DNA of 51,916 nucleotides, taken from assembly GCA_030637025.1 (NCBI GenBank), contig DAOVVV010000019.1, forward strand, positions 1-51,916. Direction: 5' to 3'. Below are positions 1 through 9,918 of this stretch, in pieces. The stretch comes from Clostridia bacterium (lineage in GTDB: Bacteria > CBDUZB01 > JAGLHV01). A program made the translations under genes and the position numbers. The notes beneath the pieces are model-generated. The model did not search any database and had not been told where the DNA came from. It saw only the letters and a program-made list of their open reading frames with translations. Every line of letters starts with the position of its first letter. The stretch's first letter is position 1.

Positions 1-142
1 ATTCTACAAATTTTAAGTATATCCACATTTGAAAAAACACCGCTTTTACAGGCATTTTCAGATTTTGATATTCAAAGAACAGAGCCAGATGCTCAAATGC
101 CCTTATTTTAAAGGCAAAAACATCGGGACAGTAGTGCCCTAG

Positions 143-162
143 CTCCCTTTTTCAAAGGGGGG
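143..162. repeat. REP-like hairpin CCCTTTTTCAAAGGGGG
   Basis: Short inverted repeat downstream of nfnB; the same core recurs at 36334-36360. Confidence 0.5.
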
Positions 163-207
163 AACTCAACAAGGTAATCTCATAACAAGTTACGGGAAAT
201 TACAAAA

Positions 208-1623
208 TTAATCTCCAGCTTTTAAATATTCATCTATTGACTGAGCAGCTTGCTTACCTGCTCCCATTGCTTCTATAACCGTAGCCGAACCGGTAACGAT
301 ATCCCCTCCGGCCCAAACCTTTTCTTTGGATGTTTTCCCTGTTTTTTCATCGGTAACAATATAACCCCACTTGTTCATCTTTAAATCCGGAACAGTAGAA
401 AGAAATAAGGGATTAGCTTTGGTCCCCACTGCTACAATTACTTCGTCCACCTCCAACTCAAATTCGGAATTTTCTATCGGCAAAGGCCTTCTGCGGCCGG
501 ATTCATCCGGTTCTCCTAATTTAACCTCTAAACATTCCATGCTACTTACCCATCCTTCTTTTTTACTTAAAATACGGACAGGCACAGTTAAAAATTTCAT
601 CTCAATTCCTTCTTCCTGAGCATTTTCAATTTCTTCTTTTCTTGCCGGCATTTCCTCCATGGAGCGACGATAAACAATATAAACATTTTCCGCTCCCAGG
701 CGTAAAGCTACCCGGGCGGAATCCATCGCTACATTTCCTCCTCCGATTACCGCTACTTTTTTGCCTCGTTTAATCGGTGTTGCATACTCAGGAAAACGAT
801 ATGCTTTCATTAAATTAGCCCGGGTAAGAAATTCATTAGCCGAATAAACGCCGTTTAAATTTTCACCGGGAATATTCATAAATCGGGGTAATCCCGCTCC
901 GATACCCAGAAAAATTGCCTTATATCCTTGTTGAAATAAATCATCCAGGGTATATGTTTTTCCAATAATTTGATTATTCTCAAGTTCTACACCAAGATGC
1001 TGAATATACTCTACTTCTGTTTGTACAATTGCTTTGGGCAAACGAAACTCCGGGATACCATAAACAAGTACTCCCCCAGCCTGATGTAAGGCTTCAAATA
1101 TCTTTACTTTATATCCTAATTTAACTAAATCGGCCGCACAAGTTAATCCCGCCGGTCCCCCACCCACTACGGCCACTGCGGACAAAACACCTTCCTCCGG
1201 GACAACCTTCTTTATATTTGGTTTTAAAGATTGTTTGTTTTTTCCCTTCATTTCCCAATCAGCAACGAACCGTTCTAAGCCTCCAATGTTTATTCCTTTA
1301 TTTTTTTTCTCTAAGATACATTCTTTTTCACATTGATTTTCCTGGGGGCATACCCGGCCGCAAATTGCCGGCAAACTATTTTTCTCTTTAATTTTTAAAA
1401 TAGCCCCGGAAAAATCTTTTTCTTTAATTTTTTTGATAAATCCCGGGATATCTATTTCTACCGGACACCCTTTAACACAAAAAGCCTTCTTACATTGAAG
1501 ACACCGGCTTGCTTCGGCAATAGCTTGCTCCTCACTATACCCTAAAGCCACTTCATCAAAATTCCCAATCCGCTTTTCGGCAGACTGTTTATTCATTTTT
1601 ACAACGACATTCTCTTTGTCCAT
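208..1623 (-). CDS. nfnB: NADPH-dependent oxidoreductase, GltD-like; large subunit of NfnAB electron-bifurcating transhydrogenase
   Basis: Fe-S motifs RCLQC...CVKGCP and GRVCPQENQCE; Rossmann motifs GGGPAG and GGGNVAMD; GGDIVTG; overlaps an nfnA-like gene. Confidence 0.88.
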   Translation of the reverse strand: MDKENVVVKMNKQSAEKRIGNFDEVALGYSEEQAIAEASRCLQCKKAFCVKGCPVEIDIPGFIKKIKEKDFSGAILKIKEKNSLPAICGRVCPQENQCEKECILEKKNKGINIGGLERFVADWEMKGKNKQSLKPNIKKVVPEEGVLSAVAVVGGGPAGLTCAADLVKLGYKVKIFEALHQAGGVLVYGIPEFRLPKAIVQTEVEYIQHLGVELENNQIIGKTYTLDDLFQQGYKAIFLGIGAGLPRFMNIPGENLNGVYSANEFLTRANLMKAYRFPEYATPIKRGKKVAVIGGGNVAMDSARVALRLGAENVYIVYRRSMEEMPARKEEIENAQEEGIEMKFLTVPVRILSKKEGWVSSMECLEVKLGEPDESGRRRPLPIENSEFELEVDEVIVAVGTKANPLFLSTVPDLKMNKWGYIVTDEKTGKTSKEKVWAGGDIVTGSATVIEAMGAGKQAAQSIDEYLKAGD

Positions 1624-2440
1624 TCATTTTTCCCATTTCTAAAATAGTTTTTTCTTCTGTTAAATACATTTTTTGACGCTGTAGGAGTAACTGAAAATTG
1701 ACTTTATGTCCATCAAAATCCGGGCCGTCTACACAAGCAAATTTCGTCTCCCCCCCTACTTCCACCCGGCAGGCACCGCACATTCCCGTGGCATCGACCA
1801 TTATCGAATTAAGACTAACTATGGTTTTTATTTTATACGGCTCAGAAACCCGGCAAACCGCATTCATCATCACCATCGGCCCTACGGCAAAAATCAAATC
1901 ACATTTTTCGTTTTTAATAAAAGATTCTAATTCTTCGGTCACAAAACCCTTTCGGCCGCAAGAACCATCGTCAGTAGTAATAAACATTTCAGAGCTAACA
2001 GATTTTATTTTCTCTTCCCAGAATAAAAATTCTTTAGTTTTTGCCCCCATTATAGCTACTGTTTTATTCCCTGCATTTTTAAATGCTTTAAGTAATATGT
2101 AAAGCGCAGCTGATCCTACCCCTCCTCCTACACAAACAACTGTTCCGACCTTATCTATAGATGAAGGAATCCCCATCGGGCCGGCAACATCCATTATAAA
2201 ATCCCCTTTATTTAAAAACCCTAATTGCTGGGTGGTTTTTCCTGCTTCCTGAAAAATAACCGTCATTGTTCCCTTTTCCCGGTTATAATCAGCAACGGTA
2301 AGAGGTATCCTCTCTCCTTTTTCATCAATACGGATAACGATAAATTGCCCGGCCTGCGCCTTTTGGGCAATAGCGGGAGTATCCAAAACTATCTCTTTTA
2401 TTTGCGGACAAAGAATTTTTTTTTCTAAAATTTTATACAC
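1589..2440 (-). CDS. nfnA: NfnA/SudB-like FAD/NAD-binding [2Fe-2S] subunit
   Basis: ERIPLT, GGGVG, DATGMCGACRV...CVDGPDF motifs; paired with the GltD-like gene. Confidence 0.88.
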   Translation of the reverse strand: MYKILEKKILCPQIKEIVLDTPAIAQKAQAGQFIVIRIDEKGERIPLTVADYNREKGTMTVIFQEAGKTTQQLGFLNKGDFIMDVAGPMGIPSSIDKVGTVVCVGGGVGSAALYILLKAFKNAGNKTVAIMGAKTKEFLFWEEKIKSVSSEMFITTDDGSCGRKGFVTEELESFIKNEKCDLIFAVGPMVMMNAVCRVSEPYKIKTIVSLNSIMVDATGMCGACRVEVGGETKFACVDGPDFDGHKVNFQLLLQRQKMYLTEEKTILEMGKMNGQRECRCKNE

Positions 2441-2497
2441 TATCTTCTCCTTCTTATAAAATATCTAAATTTTTTTATTCTCACTAAAAAACTAAAT

Positions 2498-2661
2498 AAT
2501 AAAGACAAATTATGTTTTGAACGGCTTAGCGAATTTTAGCGGAAATAAGCGTTAAAAAAATGGGCATGTCTGAGCAAAGCGAGTTGCTCATTTTTAGCTT
2601 ATTTTTGCATGCCCGCAGGGTAAAATTACGCGTTTAGAGAAAAACATATTTTGTCTTTATT
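2498..2661. repeat. Long nested inverted repeat (MITE/REP-like hairpin)
   Basis: Arms AATAAAGACAAATTATGTTTT (2498-2518) and AAAACATATTTTGTCTTTATT (2641-2661) match 20/21; inner stems surround TGTCTGAGCAAAGCGAGTT. Confidence 0.6.
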
Positions 2662-2885
2662 GAGCAACTACATTTTGTTATCTTTGTCTTTTGCCATTCG
2701 CCATTTGCCCTTTTTGCTGGAGCAAAGCGACAGTCCGCCAGTCAGTAAGGCGGATGCCTTGATGCCTGTCTTTATCTGTTATCTATGGACTATGGACTGT
2801 ATTATTTGTTGCCTTTGTCTTTATCTTTTATCTTTTCTAACTAATAAAACTAATCTAAACCAATTCAACTGTCTTTTAACTGCAT

Positions 2886-5072
2886 TTAACCTTGCTGATC
2901 AAGCATCCTCTGGGATGGTTTTATATCTTCCAACCGTAACCGGACAGATTCTCTTGACTGCCATTTGTTTATTTCTAATTGAAAAGCAAAATCTACAAAA
3001 TCCACCTGAGAAAATAGTTCTTTTCTAAAACCCATTTTCCAGCCTACAGCATCTACTTTACTTCCATTATTTCCTATTTTTATAAACAGATGTTCTTTAG
3101 TAGTTTTAGTCACGGAACACTTTTTTATGGAAATATCTTCTATGGCAAAGAGTGGAGATGGATTACTCGTTCCATAGGGACCCAATTGATCTAAATCCTG
3201 CATAAACTTATGATTGGCTAAAGATATATCTATTCGGGCATCTATTTCCAACTTAGGTATCAATGTCTTTTGATTAATTTCTTTATGAGCAATTTTTTTA
3301 ATTTTTTCCGTAAATTTTGTAATATTCTCTACGGTAATAGTCAATCCGGCTGCTTTTTTATGTCCACCGTAACGAATTAATAAATCACTACATTTTGCAA
3401 AAGCCCAGGTTAAATCAAAAGAATCTATACTTCGAGCCGAACCCCTCGCTTCTTTTCCATCTATACAAAGAATAATTATGGGCCTCTTATACTCTGCGAA
3501 AAGCCGGGAAGAAATAATACTTATTATTCCGTGTTCTAACTTACTGGTACTAATTATAAGAATTTTATCCTTATCCAAATCACACTGTTGTGATAAAAGG
3601 CCTTTAACCCGAACTAAACTTTGCTTTTGTAATTCTTTTCTTTGTTGATTTAAATCATTAATCTGAGTTACTAAAGCTTGTACTTCTTCTGGTTTATTAC
3701 TTAAAATTAACTCAACCCCCAAATACCCTTTTCCCATTCTTCCCGCTGCATTTAAAAAAGGTGCAATAAGCCAGTTAATCTCCTCAATAGTAAGAATATC
3801 ATCAATATTACATTTTTTAAAAATTGCTTTTAAACCTTTTCTCTTGGTATCCCTCATTTTTTTTAATCCATATTTAACAATAATTCTATTTTCATCAATT
3901 AAAGGCATATGATCAGCAACAAGCCCTAAAGTAACCAAATCTATATACTCCTTGATAAAATAATTCATCTTGAAGTCGGATAGGGCAAAAAGTTTATAGA
4001 AAATTCCGGCTGTGGATAAAGCCTCTGTTAGCCGGTTATGTTCATCCAGCATACTATGCTTTTGAATATCTGTTTTTAAACTATTATCTATTATTTTTTC
4101 CGGACTAAAAATTAAATTATCTAATTTCAGTTGTGGATGAGCATAACTCATTGTCAAAACATCCAATAACGAATTTTTCATTTCTTTCCCTAAGATTTCT
4201 TTAATCTGTTCTTTCAAGAAACAAAAACCTTCTTTAGCATTATAGACAATCAATGTCTTTTCTTTTATAAAATCCAAAAAATCTTCTAACGTTTTTTTTA
4301 AAGAAATTTTATCCGGCTCACATTTCCTATTAAATGTATCTATTACTAATCCATTTTTTAATTTTACCGCTCCTATTTCCAACCCCTCTTCTTTTACTGT
4401 TATTGCTACTAATTCTTTATTATAGTACCTTCCATTGGAATATAAAAAAGCCTGACAAAGTTTAAAAGCAACCGTTGATCCGGCTATTGATTTAAAAGGA
4501 TACGCTGAATCTTCTCTTTTGGGATTTACTATGGCTAAAGCATCCGGAGGTAACATCTCTAAGGGTTGATGATGATCAGTTATTATAACTTCCATTCCTA
4601 AACTTTTAGCATAGGTAATTTCTTCTATTGCACTTATTCCACAATCTACTGTAATAATTAATTTAACTCCTTTTTGGTAATATTGCTTTAAAATATCATT
4701 AAAAATTCCGTATCCTTCTTCTGCCGGTATATGGTAAACTGTTTCTCCTCCTAAATTATCAATAAATTCTTTTACTATTGCTACACTGGTTATCCCATCT
4801 ACATCCCGATCCCCATAAATAAGTATTTTTTCTTTATTTTCTATAGCTTGCTTTATTCTTTTCACCGCTTTTTCTATATCCGGTAATAAAAAAGGAGAAT
4901 ATATGTCTAAAATGTTAGGTTTAAGAAAATCATTAGCTTCTTTTACTGTTTTTACTCCTCGATTTACCAAAATGCGGGCAATAACCGGAGAAACATTTAA
5001 CTTGGAGGAAAATTTTTCTACTAATTTTTTATCCGGATTTTTTAAGACCCATTTTTTTATTATCAAATTCAC
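2886..5072 (-). CDS. recJ: ssDNA exonuclease RecJ with an inserted degenerate DEDDh-like domain
   Basis: YGDRDVDG, ITVDCG, DHH, ADHMPL, RGSARS, GGH and C-terminal OB region; about 145 aa insertion. Confidence 0.93.
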   Translation of the reverse strand: MNLIIKKWVLKNPDKKLVEKFSSKLNVSPVIARILVNRGVKTVKEANDFLKPNILDIYSPFLLPDIEKAVKRIKQAIENKEKILIYGDRDVDGITSVAIVKEFIDNLGGETVYHIPAEEGYGIFNDILKQYYQKGVKLIITVDCGISAIEEITYAKSLGMEVIITDHHQPLEMLPPDALAIVNPKREDSAYPFKSIAGSTVAFKLCQAFLYSNGRYYNKELVAITVKEEGLEIGAVKLKNGLVIDTFNRKCEPDKISLKKTLEDFLDFIKEKTLIVYNAKEGFCFLKEQIKEILGKEMKNSLLDVLTMSYAHPQLKLDNLIFSPEKIIDNSLKTDIQKHSMLDEHNRLTEALSTAGIFYKLFALSDFKMNYFIKEYIDLVTLGLVADHMPLIDENRIIVKYGLKKMRDTKRKGLKAIFKKCNIDDILTIEEINWLIAPFLNAAGRMGKGYLGVELILSNKPEEVQALVTQINDLNQQRKELQKQSLVRVKGLLSQQCDLDKDKILIISTSKLEHGIISIISSRLFAEYKRPIIILCIDGKEARGSARSIDSFDLTWAFAKCSDLLIRYGGHKKAAGLTITVENITKFTEKIKKIAHKEINQKTLIPKLEIDARIDISLANHKFMQDLDQLGPYGTSNPSPLFAIEDISIKKCSVTKTTKEHLFIKIGNNGSKVDAVGWKMGFRKELFSQVDFVDFAFQLEINKWQSRESVRLRLEDIKPSQRMLDQQG

Positions 5073-6376
5073 TTTATCTCCTCATAAATCAGAGAAATCT
5101 TTTTTGGTTTTCTCTTCGTAATCCTGCAACCGGAAAGAAACATCTCCTGAGCCAAATGTAATTTATCTTGATTATTAACATGAAAAGTAGCCAATGTTTC
5201 TCCCTTTTCCACTGTATCCCCTACTTTCTTATGTAACTGGATTCCTACCGCACAATCAATCAAACTATCCACTTTTTCTCTTCCTGATCCTAAAAGCATA
5301 GCTGCTACCCCAACTTTCCGGGCATCTAAATCTTGTAAATATCCTTGCTGGAGAGTTTGTATTTTTATTTTTTCCTTAGCCTGGGGTAAAATTTTGTCCG
5401 GATTATCAATTACCCGACTGTCCCCTCCCTGGGCAACTATCATCTGTTCAAATTTTTCTAACCCTTTCCCTTGTTCTATTAATTCTTTCAAGAGTTCTTT
5501 TCCCTCTTCAATATTCTTAACCCGATTTCCCTCTACCAGCATCCAACCCCCCAAACAAAAAATCAACTCTTTAAAATTTTCCGGGCCTTCTCCCTTTAAC
5601 ACATCAATAGCTTGTTTTATTTCCAAAGCATTCCCAACCATCCATCCTAAAGGATAATCCATATTAGTTATCAAAGCCATCGTCTTAATACCAAACTCTT
5701 TTCCCATTTCTATCATAAGTTCCGCTAATTTTTTAGCCCTATCCTTTTTTTTAATAAAAGAACCTTTTCCTACTTTCACATCCAGAATCAAAACATCTGC
5801 CCCGCCTGCTATTTTTTTGCTGATAATACTAGAGGCAATCAGAGGAATGGATTCTACCGTCGCTGTAGCATTGCGTAAGGCATAAATTTTCTTATCAGCA
5901 GGATTAATTTTGTCAGTCTGTCCAATTATGGCTACACCTATTTGTTTTATCTGTTCAATGAATTGTTGAATAGATAAATCTGTTTTAAAACCCGGAATAG
6001 ATTCTAATTTATCTACCGTTCCTCCTGTATGTCCTAATCCTCTACCACAAATCATCGGAACAGAAATCCCTGCTGCCGCGACTAAGGGAGCAAGAACCAG
6101 GGAAGTTCCATCCCCTACCCCTCCTGTAGAATGTTTGTCTACCCTTTTCCCTTCTATTCCCGTCCAGTTTATTATTTCTCCGGACAAAGCAAGTGCCTGA
6201 GTAAAAGAGCTAATCTCTTCTCTGCTCATTCCTTTCAAAAAAATTGCCATAATTAAAGCAGCTATTTGATACTCCGGAATTTCTTCCTCAACAAAGCCCT
6301 TTACTATATATCCTATTTCTTCCTTATTTAAAATGCCTCCGCTTCTTTTTTTACTGATAAGATTAAGTATTTGCAT
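5069..6376 (-). CDS. pdp: Pyrimidine-nucleoside/thymidine phosphorylase
   Basis: DKHSTGGVGD, GRGLGHTGGT.DKLESIPG, IASSIISKKIAGG. Confidence 0.93.
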   Translation of the reverse strand: MQILNLISKKRSGGILNKEEIGYIVKGFVEEEIPEYQIAALIMAIFLKGMSREEISSFTQALALSGEIINWTGIEGKRVDKHSTGGVGDGTSLVLAPLVAAAGISVPMICGRGLGHTGGTVDKLESIPGFKTDLSIQQFIEQIKQIGVAIIGQTDKINPADKKIYALRNATATVESIPLIASSIISKKIAGGADVLILDVKVGKGSFIKKKDRAKKLAELMIEMGKEFGIKTMALITNMDYPLGWMVGNALEIKQAIDVLKGEGPENFKELIFCLGGWMLVEGNRVKNIEEGKELLKELIEQGKGLEKFEQMIVAQGGDSRVIDNPDKILPQAKEKIKIQTLQQGYLQDLDARKVGVAAMLLGSGREKVDSLIDCAVGIQLHKKVGDTVEKGETLATFHVNNQDKLHLAQEMFLSGCRITKRKPKKISLIYEEIK

Positions 6377-6424
6377 TCATGCCCCCTTTTTTTTAAATAA
6401 AAAAAGCATTTCTGTCAAAATTCA

Positions 6425-7270
6425 TCAAATCTGAAACAAAATTTCTTCTATTAATTTTAATAAATTTCCTTTAAATTTATGCATATTTTTTATTATCCGG
6501 TGGTGAGAAAGAACAATTTTGCCCTTTCCTTTTTTTATTACATTAACATTAGCTATACAAGCCACCGCTAAAACCCGTATTTTTAAATATTCAGCCATAA
6601 TTACTTCCGGAACAGTAGACATTCCCACCAGGTCTCCACCAATTTTCCTCATTAATTTAATTTCCGCCGGTGTTTCGTAAACAGGCCCCTGAGTAGCAAC
6701 ATAGACCCCTTCTTTTATATTTATTTTTTGTTTTTGAGCACAACTTTTTGCTAAATTTATTAATTTCTTATCATAAACATTAGCCAGATTCAAGAATTGT
6801 ATACGCTGCTTATCTCCGCCAATTAAAGGATTATCTCCCATTAAATTTATATGGTCGGAAATTAGCACCACATCTCCGCAAGAAAAACTTTCATTAATTG
6901 CTCCGCTGGCATTAGTTATAATTAATGTTTTTATTCCCAACGATTTCATTATTCTTACAGGGTAGGTAATTTCCTGCATTGAATACCCTTCATAAAAATG
7001 GAATCTTCCTTGCATTACACACAAATTTTTTTCACATTTTTTATTTTTTCGGCTTTCCGGCCATTTACCTAAAATCAATTCTCCCTTATGTCCTTCTACC
7101 CTGGGTAAAGCAAAATAAGGAATATCCGCATAGGGTATTTTTACTTTTTGTTTTATTTTTTTTTCCAGGCCTTCCCAGCCGGAACCTAAAATTAAGCCTA
7201 TTTCAGGTTTAATTTTACTTTTACTTAAAATATAATCTTTAGTTTTTTTTACTTTTTTATTCCAATTCAT
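6425..7270 (-). CDS. punA: Purine-nucleoside phosphorylase (trimeric type)
   Basis: GLILGSG, GRFHFYEGY, GPVYETPAE, VGMSTVPEV. Confidence 0.92.
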   Translation of the reverse strand: MNWNKKVKKTKDYILSKSKIKPEIGLILGSGWEGLEKKIKQKVKIPYADIPYFALPRVEGHKGELILGKWPESRKNKKCEKNLCVMQGRFHFYEGYSMQEITYPVRIMKSLGIKTLIITNASGAINESFSCGDVVLISDHINLMGDNPLIGGDKQRIQFLNLANVYDKKLINLAKSCAQKQKINIKEGVYVATQGPVYETPAEIKLMRKIGGDLVGMSTVPEVIMAEYLKIRVLAVACIANVNVIKKGKGKIVLSHHRIIKNMHKFKGNLLKLIEEILFQI

Positions 7271-7367
7271 TTTAATTTAAACTTAACCTTAAAAATTGAT
7301 ATATTTGTAAACAGATTCAACTATCCGTGTTTTTTTCTACCATAAATAAAAAAACTTATACTTACTC

Positions 7368-8777
7368 CTATTCGTCCATTTTTGCTGAATAAAAGAAAAT
7401 TCTATTTTTCCCTTTCTTTTTAGCTAAAACCATCGCTGAACGTGCTTGCGATATTAACTTCTCTTTTTCCCTTCCTTTCTCCGGATATACTGTACAACCA
7501 ATACTACAGGTAAGTTTTTCGCCTTCAGTCTTCCAGGGATATTCTTCTATTATTTTTTTTATCTTTAATCCTTCTCTTTCTACTTCTCTCCCATCCACGC
7601 CTATTTGAATTATGCCAAATTCATCTTCCCCTAATCGGGCAACGCAATCAATTTTCCGCATATTTTTCTTCAACAAAACACCAATCTTCTTCAAAATTTC
7701 GTCACTGTGATTATACCCAAACTTATCACTTATTTTATTAAAATTATCCATATTTATAATAAAAAGGCTAAAAGGAATTTCTTTCTGTCCGTTTTTTTTC
7801 ATTTCCTGTTCAAAAAATTTTTCAAAATAAATATTATTATAAATCTGAGTTAACGGGTCTAACCGGTTTTTTATTTTTACTTCTTCACAAAAACGGGCAT
7901 TGGTAATAGCAACTGATGCCTGAAGAGCCAGCAATTCTAAAATATCTCTATCTTCCTTAGAAAAAGAATTTACTTTATCACTGTCCACATTTAAAACCCC
8001 GATAAACCGTTCGCCGGAAAACAAAGGTGTAGCAAAAATACATTTTACTTCCCCATACGGCTCAATAAATCTCTTATCGCTTAATATATCTGAAATATAT
8101 AAAGACTTTTTATTTTCTGCTACCCACCCGGCTACTCCTTCACCTATTTTAAATTTAACTGGGGAAGGATTTTTTTCCCTATACCCTGAAAGAACTTTTA
8201 ATTCTAATTCTTCTTCTTTATTCAAAAGCATAATAGAAAAAGAATAATAATTAACCAGTGATAAAACCTCATCGGCAATAAGAATCAAAAGTTTGTCCAA
8301 ATCCAACATTTTATTCATTGCCGAAGAAATAGCCAGGAGCATAGATAATTCCTGTATTTTCCTATCTAAAATACTTTTTTGCTTTATAATAATAGCTTCA
8401 TGAGTTGCTAAATATAATTCCGAAACCTTAAAAATAATACGAAATAAAAGCTTTTCAAGTTCTTTTAAAATTAATTCTCCGGAAATATCATTTTTCTCAA
8501 ATTTATCTTTTAACTTAAACGCTATTGCTTCTCTAAAATCTAAAAAGGCTTCCTGAATAGAAGAAATCTTTATATTTCTATAAAGCGGTATTTCAGAAAT
8601 TTCTTCTACTAAATTCTCCAATTTTTGATAGTTTTCTTTTTCTATTATTTCCATTATTCTATCAATATATTTTAAAAGACCCTGTCCATATTCTTTTTCC
8701 TTTAAAATTTCTGTATATTTTGCAATTAAACCGGCTTTATCTTGTTCTATTATTTCCTGCCACTTCATATTTTTCAT
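7368..8777 (-). CDS. Helical N-terminal (RsbRD_N-like) + GAF + degenerate GGDEF protein
   Basis: GAF segment GEGVAGWVA...IGVLNVDS...F; DPLTQIYN; RKIDCVARLGEDEF; TCSIG. Confidence 0.85.
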   Translation of the reverse strand: MKNMKWQEIIEQDKAGLIAKYTEILKEKEYGQGLLKYIDRIMEIIEKENYQKLENLVEEISEIPLYRNIKISSIQEAFLDFREAIAFKLKDKFEKNDISGELILKELEKLLFRIIFKVSELYLATHEAIIIKQKSILDRKIQELSMLLAISSAMNKMLDLDKLLILIADEVLSLVNYYSFSIMLLNKEEELELKVLSGYREKNPSPVKFKIGEGVAGWVAENKKSLYISDILSDKRFIEPYGEVKCIFATPLFSGERFIGVLNVDSDKVNSFSKEDRDILELLALQASVAITNARFCEEVKIKNRLDPLTQIYNNIYFEKFFEQEMKKNGQKEIPFSLFIINMDNFNKISDKFGYNHSDEILKKIGVLLKKNMRKIDCVARLGEDEFGIIQIGVDGREVEREGLKIKKIIEEYPWKTEGEKLTCSIGCTVYPEKGREKEKLISQARSAMVLAKKKGKNRIFFYSAKMDE

Positions 8778-8941
8778 TTCTTCTCCCTGAATATTTTTTT
8801 CAACTGATGGATAAGATTACCTATAAAAATTATTTTATTATGTTTGCATAAAAGGAGCATGGGAAGAATTAAGTAAGTTTTTTTAAATTTAAAAATATCA
8901 CAGTCACAATAACTGTTAATTAGTTTTTAGAATTTCGTAAT

Positions 8942-9901
8942 TCACAAAGGAAGGATAGTTTTCTTTTTTTTCAATACTCTTTTTACTGCTTTCACAATTT
9001 CTTTTGCCGTCAATCCGAACTTTTCCATCAATTCACTTGCTTCTCCTGACTCTCCAAAGCTATTTTTAACCCCTACCATCTCTAAGGGAACAGGCATTTC
9101 TCTTGCTATTATTTCACTAACCATTCCTCCCAATCCCCCTATAATCTGATGTTCTTCCGCAGTAACTAAGGCCCTTGTCTGTTTTGCTGCCTGAATAATC
9201 GCTTCTTCATCGGGAGGCTTAATTGTATGAAAATTGAGCAGCTTTACCGAAATACCTTCCTCTTTTAATTCTTCAACAGCTTTTAATGATTCCCACACCA
9301 TTATGCCGCAAGCAATAATGGTAACATCTTTCCCTTCGTTAAGAGTAAGGGCTTTTCCAAAAATAAACGGAGTTGATTCCTGGGTAATTGAAGGAACTGC
9401 CCCTCTACCCAATCTAAGATAAACAGGCCCTTGTATCTCTTCTGCTATTGTAAACACAGCCTTACGTGCTTCCACGGCATCACAAGGAACAACCACATTC
9501 ATATTTGGAATAACCCTCATCAAAGCAATATCTTCCAATGCCTGATGAGTTGCTCCATCTGCTCCTACAGTTATTCCTGCATGAGTAGCACCTATTTTTA
9601 CGTTTAACTTACAATAACAAATTATATTTCTAATCTGATCCCACGCTTTTCCTGAAACAAATATACTATACCCACTGGCAAAAGCAATTTTACCGGTTAA
9701 CGATAATCCCGCTGCTATCCCCATTAAATTTTGTTCAGCAACTCCTACATTAAAAAACCTATGCGGAAATTTTCGGGCAAATATATCTGTTTTAGTAGAA
9801 CAAGAAGTATCCGCATCTAAAACGACTAAATTATTATTCTTCTCTCCTAAGAGGAGTAACCCTTCTCCATAACCTTCTCTGGTTGAACGCATTTTTCCCA
9901 T
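8942..9901 (-). CDS. tktB: Transketolase, C-terminal (pyrimidine-binding) subunit
   Basis: GVAEQN, DGATHQ, GPVYLRL, TAEEH. Confidence 0.9.
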   Translation of the reverse strand: MGKMRSTREGYGEGLLLLGEKNNNLVVLDADTSCSTKTDIFARKFPHRFFNVGVAEQNLMGIAAGLSLTGKIAFASGYSIFVSGKAWDQIRNIICYCKLNVKIGATHAGITVGADGATHQALEDIALMRVIPNMNVVVPCDAVEARKAVFTIAEEIQGPVYLRLGRGAVPSITQESTPFIFGKALTLNEGKDVTIIACGIMVWESLKAVEELKEEGISVKLLNFHTIKPPDEEAIIQAAKQTRALVTAEEHQIIGGLGGMVSEIIAREMPVPLEMVGVKNSFGESGEASELMEKFGLTAKEIVKAVKRVLKKKKTILPL

Positions 9902-9918
9902 AATAAAATATCTTCCTT

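Noticed and set aside
208-1623. Annotation as glutamate synthase small subunit gltD
   Set aside because: There is no adjacent gltB within the window, and pairing with an NfnA-like gene favours NfnAB.
2651-3028. 125-aa plus-strand ORF
   Set aside because: It runs across repeat DNA and the recJ 3' end and has no RBS or recognisable domain.
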